40,742 bases of DNA from positions 1 through 40,742 of the forward strand of contig JAUNVO010000003.1 of NCBI GenBank assembly GCA_030540695.1. The letters are read 5' to 3'. The stretch comes from Micrococcaceae bacterium. GTDB lineage: Bacteria; Actinomycetota; Actinomycetes; Actinomycetales; Micrococcaceae. The notes beneath the pieces were generated by a model. That model did not search any database, had not been told where the DNA came from, and worked only from the letters and a program-made list of their open reading frames with translations. The translations under genes were made by a program, and so were the position numbers. Of this stretch, positions 35,424 through 40,742 are shown in pieces. Every line of letters starts with the position of its first letter. The stretch's first letter is position 1.

Positions 35424-36995
35424 TCAATCCTGCAACGATTCCTTTTCACGCAGGATGAAACGCTGCAGCTTCCCCGAGGGCGTCTTGGGAAGCTCGGTGA
35501 CGTAGCTGATCCGCCGGGGGTAGGCGTGGGCGGCATAGCGGTCCTTGACCAGCCGCTGCAGTTCCAGGGTGAGGTCTTCGCTGCCAACGGCCCCGTCCTT
35601 GAGGACCACATGGGCCACGAGCACCTCACCACGCAATTGATCAGGAACACCGATGACGGCGGATTCAAGGACGAGGGGGTGTTCGGCCAGCACGGACTCG
35701 ACCTCGAACGGGCCGATGCGGTAGCCGGCCATGATGATGACATCGTCATCGCGTGCGGAAAAGAAGATGTAGCCGTCTTCATCCATGGTCCCGGTGTCCC
35801 CGGTGAGGTACCAGCGGCCGTCCGCGGAATAGCGTTCGGCGGTGCGTGCAGGGTCCCCGGTATAACCGTTGAACCAGAGCATCGGGGAGGTGGGCACGTT
35901 CAGGGCGACCCGGCCGCGGGTCCCGGGCGGAGCGCATTCGTCCTGGTCCGGGAACAGCACGCAGGCGGAGTATCCGGGCATGGGACGGCCCATGGAACCT
36001 GCCTTGATCCCATCGATCACTTCCGGGGCCCAGCCGTTGATGATGCACATGCCCATCTCCGTCTGCCCGTAGTGGTCGCGCACCGGAACCCCGAAGGCCT
36101 CCTGGAACCAGGCGATGGTGGTGGCATCGAGGGGCTCACCGGCCGAGGACGCCTTGGTGACGTTCAGTCCGGGCACGCCATCGGGCTTCGCGGCGCGCAT
36201 GGAGCGCACGATCGTCGGGGCAGCGGCGAAGTTGGTGACCTTGAACTTCGCAAGCACCTCCCAACACAACTCGGCACTGAAACCGGCCTTGAGCAACAGG
36301 TTTTGGTGCCCGGCATAAAGCGGGGCCAGGATCCCGTAGTACAGCCCATAAGCCCATCCCGGATCGGCCACGTTCCAGAAGGTGTCCCGGGCCTCGACGC
36401 CGAGTCCGTAACGGAAGTAGGTCTCGAAGGCCTCCAGTGCGCGCACCGGGACCGCGACCCCCTTGGGGGTCCCGGTGGTTCCGGAGGTGAAGATCTCCAC
36501 CAGCGGGTCATCGATTGATCGGGTTGCCGGGGTGAACCCCGTGGGCTGGGCATCGAGTTCCGCCACCAGTTCCGCGGTGCCCAACACCGGGTAGGGCAGC
36601 GAATCGACCTTGTGGGCCTGCTCGGCATCGGCGACGATCATTTTCGCGTCGGCACCGGCCACCCGCACTTCGATGGCGGGGGTGGCGAAGGCGGTGAACA
36701 GCGGGACATGAACGGCGCCCAGTCGCCAGAGCCCGAGCAGCGTGTACAGCAGTTCGGCGCTCTTGCCCATGAGCGTGGCAACCCGGTCCCCGGGCTTGAT
36801 CCCGCGGGAGGCAAAGAGCGCGGCGGCACGTTCGGAGCGGTCCTTCAGCGTGGCGTAGGTAAGCTCGACGAAGCCCAGATCCGCATCGATGACGGTGAAG
36901 GCGACCTCGTGGCCCGGGTGCCTGTCACACAACAGGACCGCCGGCTGCACGTCGCGCGGCAAGCTGGAAAGAACTGAAAGGTTGAACGACTGCAT
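35424..36995 (-). CDS. AMP-dependent acyl-CoA synthetase
   Basis: FTSGTTGTPKG, ADPGWAYG, SAGEPL, YGQTE, YLTGD, LPKTPSGKLQR. Confidence 0.92.
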   Translation of the reverse strand: MQSFNLSVLSSLPRDVQPAVLLCDRHPGHEVAFTVIDADLGFVELTYATLKDRSERAAALFASRGIKPGDRVATLMGKSAELLYTLLGLWRLGAVHVPLFTAFATPAIEVRVAGADAKMIVADAEQAHKVDSLPYPVLGTAELVAELDAQPTGFTPATRSIDDPLVEIFTSGTTGTPKGVAVPVRALEAFETYFRYGLGVEARDTFWNVADPGWAYGLYYGILAPLYAGHQNLLLKAGFSAELCWEVLAKFKVTNFAAAPTIVRSMRAAKPDGVPGLNVTKASSAGEPLDATTIAWFQEAFGVPVRDHYGQTEMGMCIINGWAPEVIDGIKAGSMGRPMPGYSACVLFPDQDECAPPGTRGRVALNVPTSPMLWFNGYTGDPARTAERYSADGRWYLTGDTGTMDEDGYIFFSARDDDVIIMAGYRIGPFEVESVLAEHPLVLESAVIGVPDQLRGEVLVAHVVLKDGAVGSEDLTLELQRLVKDRYAAHAYPRRISYVTELPKTPSGKLQRFILREKESLQD

Positions 36996-37083
36996 TAAGA
37001 CCCACCTTGGACGACGATGCGCTGATTGCTTCCCCGTGCCAAACTACCAGCGAGCGGGGGAACACTGCCTGTTTTACGTGAAG

Positions 37084-37380
37084 CTACCCGCGCCGGCCTG
37101 CCACCGCGGAGGTGAGCACGACGACCGCGGCGAGCGTATTGACCGCCGGCCAGGCGCCGAGCTTCTTGGCCAACGGGTGCGAGGCACCGAAGGCGGCCAG
37201 GTAGAGCCCGGTCAGCGCGGCCGCCTTGGGTGTCCCGACGTTGGCCTTCCAACCCAGGAAGGCCCCGGTTCCCGCAGCGGCGAGCACGGCCCCTCCCAAC
37301 GGACGGTTCTTGGTGGCGCGGGCGGTTGCAAAACCGCCAATGAGTCCGGCTCCGGCAAGTGCAGAGGGCAAGAAAGACAT
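37084..37380 (-). CDS. Small integral membrane protein (98 aa)
   Basis: RBS AAGGAG before ATG 37380; Gly/Ala-rich hydrophobic helices; FGASHPLAKKLGAWP. Confidence 0.7.
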   Translation of the reverse strand: MSFLPSALAGAGLIGGFATARATKNRPLGGAVLAAAGTGAFLGWKANVGTPKAAALTGLYLAAFGASHPLAKKLGAWPAVNTLAAVVVLTSAVAGRRG

Positions 37381-37714
37381 GGGGGAGTTCTCCTTTTTCT
37401 CCAAGCCTAACCGCTGGGGCCAGGGGACATAGGCATATGGGTCTCGCCGGTAACACCCCGCTCCAGCGTGCTTCTTTCGGCGTTCGTGATCCCGGATCAG
37501 CTGATCCCCGCTGCACCGTCTTCACGGGAATAAACGGGACGATTTACGGCACAACCTGGTCCCCGCTGCCGCGATTGAGTCGCATGGAGGGTGTTGGCGG
37601 GGGGAACCAGCAACGCAAATGCCGGTGGAGGACTGGCCCCGGTTCCGCGCCGCGGACCAGGGTTCGGTGCATACCGGTAGGTCCCCGCCGGGCCTCGCGG
37701 CATAAGGTTGGTGG

Positions 37715-38446
37715 ATGGAAATGGTTCAACGGTGGTGGCAGGCGGTGCTCGCCGGCTTTGGCGAGGCCGAGCCCTTGGTGTTGACGCCCCTGCCGGTGCT
37801 GGGCCTCCTGGCCTTGTGCGTGGCGCTCACGGTCCCGCGGGCCTCCTGGCGCATCTTCGGGCTCTATGTCACTTTTGTGCACGAACTGGGCCATGCCTTC
37901 GCGGCGCTGGTGACCGGGCGCTTCGTCCATGGACTGAAGATCCGGCTGGATCATTCGGGTGAACTGGTCAGCAGCGGAAAGCCCGGATTCTCCGCGGTTT
38001 TCAGCGGATTCTGGGGTTACCCGGCGCCGGCTGCCGTAGGGCTGGCGCTGGTCGCCGCAACGTATTTCGGCCACGCGTCGGCTGCGCTGTCCGTTGGGGC
38101 TCTGCTGTTGCTGGTGTCGCTTCTTTTCCTGCGCAACTGGACGGGCATCGCCATCGCCTTGGTGTCGGCGCTGTGTGCCCAGATCCTGGTGGTCTTTACC
38201 CCGCCGGCAGCCACCAGCTGGGTGGTGCTGGGCCTGGGGCTGATGCTGCTGGTCGGAGGGGTGCGCGACCTCTTCAAGGTCCTCGGGGTCCACACCCGCA
38301 GGCGCGAGCTCCTCGGGTCCTCCGATGCCTACCTGTTGGGGCAACGAAGCTGGCTCCCGGCATGGTTCTGGTTGTTGGGTTTCACCGTGGTGGTGGGTGG
38401 CTCCGTGGTGCTCTCCGGGTGGTTGCTCTACTTGATGATGGGCTAA
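37715..38446 (+). CDS. M50B-like membrane metallopeptidase
   Basis: TFVHELGHA (HExxH), GYPAPA, SDA; multiple TM helices; TAAGGT 6 nt before the ATG. Confidence 0.85.
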   Translation: MEMVQRWWQAVLAGFGEAEPLVLTPLPVLGLLALCVALTVPRASWRIFGLYVTFVHELGHAFAALVTGRFVHGLKIRLDHSGELVSSGKPGFSAVFSGFWGYPAPAAVGLALVAATYFGHASAALSVGALLLLVSLLFLRNWTGIAIALVSALCAQILVVFTPPAATSWVVLGLGLMLLVGGVRDLFKVLGVHTRRRELLGSSDAYLLGQRSWLPAWFWLLGFTVVVGGSVVLSGWLLYLMMG

Positions 38447-38535
38447 ATCCTTCGATCCCCTCACATCGTCCGTGGTCTCCGGTAGGTTGGGAACCACACT
38501 GAATCACCGTTTTGCCAAGGCAGGGAGGGTGCCGG

Positions 38536-40281
38536 ATGGGAGTCCACCGCTGGATGGGATCCGGACAGGAACTCGCCGTCCACCTCCTGCAACCGCGGCG
38601 GCTGCATTCGGTTGTGGTGACCCGCAGCGCGCGAGATGACGCGGCGGGGTTCGACGCCGAGGCGATCTACGAGGAAATCAAGGACTGGGCCGAGGTCATT
38701 GTCGTTCCCACCGGCCGGATCACCTACGGACTGCGCGACAGCCTGCCTTCCGGGTGGGAGGTCTTCGGAACCGCGGCAAGGGTCTATCCCACGGGGTCCG
38801 GGCCACACGGGATTCCTCCGGGAAGGCCGCACGTGGTGCGTGCCGGTGATTCCATTGACCGGCTCAGCACCGAACTGATCGATGAGGTGCTTTTCCTTCC
38901 CGATCCACGGACCTTGGTGGCCTCCACGTCCCCGCGACCCGGGCCCGGGGCCCGGGCGGCGGACCCGGTACGCGCCGTGGGCGCACCGGGAACGCTGTCG
39001 TTGGGTACCGGAAGCCATTCCATGCTGGTCACCGGTGTGGTGACGGGTTTCAAGGACCAGGGGTTCACCGCGCTGATTGCCCTGGACAACGGGGCAACCA
39101 GCGAGATCCATAGCGATGACATCTACTCCCGGGTCCCGGTGGGATGGATCCTGGACACCGGAACCCGGGTGGCAGGGGTGCACGAGCCCGGTGCCAAGGG
39201 GCTGTCCATCGGAGAATCGCTGCTGCACCCACGCCTGTTGCAACACTATTCATGGGGCCAGATCATTCCCTGCCTGGTCGTTGAGGCGGGCAATGAATCA
39301 GCGGTGCTGGTTCCGGTGCCGGGAGAGAGCATCTCGGTGAGCCGGGCCGATGTCTCGTCCAACGAACTTGACGACGTCGACTCCTTGCTTGCCCCGGGGC
39401 AAGTCGTTGCCGCCCGCCTGGTCAATGCCGCCGGCCTTCGCAAGCTCGTGCTGGTGGACGTGGATGACGATGAACCCGTCGCTGAAGCACCGCCCCTTTT
39501 CCGTGGCGGGGGCCCATGGCTGGTGATCGACCGTGACCACGTCCCGGAACCAGGGGATCCACCGAGCACCAAAACCCCCGCGGGGCTGCCGGTGCTCGCC
39601 ACGCCGGAAAAACAGCGTGAGGCCCTGCGCAGTGCGTTGTTGCAGATCGATGCGCTCAAGTCCGAGGCCAAGGCCCTGCGCCAGGCGCAATCGGGAACCA
39701 GAGCCGACGAGCTGGCGTCGGTGATGGAGCAGAAGGACCGCTACCGTGCCGAAAACGCCAAGCTGCGAACCTTGTTGCGCACCAAGTCCGAGGCCCTGAA
39801 CCAGAACCAGCGCATCGCGCGCAAAAAAGCCCGGACGACCGAGACCACGGCATCACCGGAGGCGCGGGACAAGTTCACGCGCGCCGAGGAGGCGCTGCGC
39901 CACGAACTCTATCTGGAATGGGTCCAGCGAATCCCGGCAAACGAGAAATCCTTGTATCCCTGGAACCCCGGTTTTGTCGTGGGCCCGAAGTTTGCCGCTT
40001 CCTTCTACTCTCATGGTCCGGCGCTGCGCGGTAAAACATTGAAGGCACTGATTCAGCTGTTGACGGGCCGGGCGGAGAGGATGGCCGCGCGTGAGGTGCA
40101 TCCCAAGCGCACCGGCCCGGGTGGGGAGGACCCGCAATCGATCCGGGAGGACGGTGCCACATGTTGGAGGATGAGCGTGGAAAGCGGGGTGGCGGGTGCC
40201 CGCCGGGTGCACTACTGGAAACTGCCAGACGGCCGGTTCGAACTTCACGAGCTCGTATCCCACGACACCTTTGAGCTGTGA
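38536..40281 (+). CDS. Uncharacterised multidomain protein (~581 aa): N-terminal alpha/beta domain, two S1/OB-like repeats, coiled coil, RelE-like C-terminus
   Basis: Long ORF; RBS AGGGAGGG before ATG 38536. The CDS is well supported; the domain calls are by eye only. Confidence 0.7.
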   Translation: MGVHRWMGSGQELAVHLLQPRRLHSVVVTRSARDDAAGFDAEAIYEEIKDWAEVIVVPTGRITYGLRDSLPSGWEVFGTAARVYPTGSGPHGIPPGRPHVVRAGDSIDRLSTELIDEVLFLPDPRTLVASTSPRPGPGARAADPVRAVGAPGTLSLGTGSHSMLVTGVVTGFKDQGFTALIALDNGATSEIHSDDIYSRVPVGWILDTGTRVAGVHEPGAKGLSIGESLLHPRLLQHYSWGQIIPCLVVEAGNESAVLVPVPGESISVSRADVSSNELDDVDSLLAPGQVVAARLVNAAGLRKLVLVDVDDDEPVAEAPPLFRGGGPWLVIDRDHVPEPGDPPSTKTPAGLPVLATPEKQREALRSALLQIDALKSEAKALRQAQSGTRADELASVMEQKDRYRAENAKLRTLLRTKSEALNQNQRIARKKARTTETTASPEARDKFTRAEEALRHELYLEWVQRIPANEKSLYPWNPGFVVGPKFAASFYSHGPALRGKTLKALIQLLTGRAERMAAREVHPKRTGPGGEDPQSIREDGATCWRMSVESGVAGARRVHYWKLPDGRFELHELVSHDTFEL

Positions 40282-40502
40282 ACCACGTGGTTTCTCGTTC
40301 CCGGCCGGAACATGGCCTGGGGAGGCACCGGGTCAACGTGCGGTGGCAACCCTTCGGTCACCGAACCATGGAGGAAGTGCCAGGCAAGCGCCGAGCGGAT
40401 CGCCCGCTCATCGACGCCATAGGTGCGGGATATTTCCGCAAGCGACCACCCCGCGGTCCGCAATTCCATAAGTGTGGGATATGCCGGGGTCTTGTTGGCC
40501 AT
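40245..40502 (-). CDS. Small helix-turn-helix protein (85 aa)
   Basis: Strong RBS AGGAGGAGG; LRTAGWSLAEISRTYGVDERAIRSAL HTH pattern. Confidence 0.6.
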   Translation of the reverse strand: MANKTPAYPTLMELRTAGWSLAEISRTYGVDERAIRSALAWHFLHGSVTEGLPPHVDPVPPQAMFRPGTRNHVVHSSKVSWDTSS

Positions 40503-40668
40503 GATTGCCTCCTCCTGGCTACCTTGCGCGATAGGACAAGTGAACTATACGAGCCAGACAGTTTGGTCCCGGCGGGCGAAACGGCACGACGGCGGACACG
40601 AAAGAAAAAGCCATGCTCGCCTAGTGTTGGTGGCAGAGACCACATTGCACGTCCAGAAAGGCCCCGCC

Positions 40669-40742
40669 ATGGCAATCTTTGAATACACGACGCAGCTGCC
40701 CCATCCACGTGAAACCGTTTTTCGCTGGTTCGCCCGGCCCGG
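40669..40742 (+). CDS. 5' fragment, probably TIGR01777-family oxidoreductase with N-terminal SRPBCC domain
   Basis: RBS AGAAAGG; MAIFEYTTQLPHPRETVFRWFARP runs off the window. Confidence 0.5.
   Translation, partial: MAIFEYTTQLPHPRETVFRWFARP

Noticed and set aside
37450-37700. CRISPR-like CCCCGC repeats
   Set aside because: Only 6-9 bp are shared, spacing is irregular, and there are no cas genes. The Cas4-like cysteines in TM0106 belong to a helicase fusion.

Overview
High-GC actinobacterial chromosome segment; gene content is consistent with Micrococcaceae (Arthrobacter/Paeniglutamicibacter-like), but the taxon is an inference. Left to right: (1) an iron-regulated heme-acquisition locus (1-8.4 kb, visibly more AT-rich) with two divergent HtaA-like surface proteins (one with a WxL-like C-terminal domain, missing from the ORF track), a third surface protein, hmuTUV and a divergent hmuO, plus DtxR/IdeR boxes; (2) tag-alkA glycosylases, a CmtR-like ArsR regulator with a CDF exporter, vanZ and a MacB/FtsX-type ABC exporter; (3) an ECF sigma factor coupled to an O6-methylguanine methyltransferase, directly downstream of a Wadjet/Mks-type jetABC operon that has no jetD nuclease in the window; (4) a lipoprotein deacetylase, an aldo/keto reductase and a TM0106-type nuclease-helicase; (5) FadR, a stand-alone Cache protein, an APC permease, MarR-MFS, a glutaminase-STAS-cNMP fusion, an SGNH hydrolase, an acyl-CoA ligase and an M50 peptidase; (6) an uncharacterised ~581-aa protein (S1-like repeats, coiled coil, RelE-like end) convergent with a small HTH gene. 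No rRNA, tRNA, CRISPR array, transposase or integrase was seen. All family calls come from motif recognition by eye; no searches were run.
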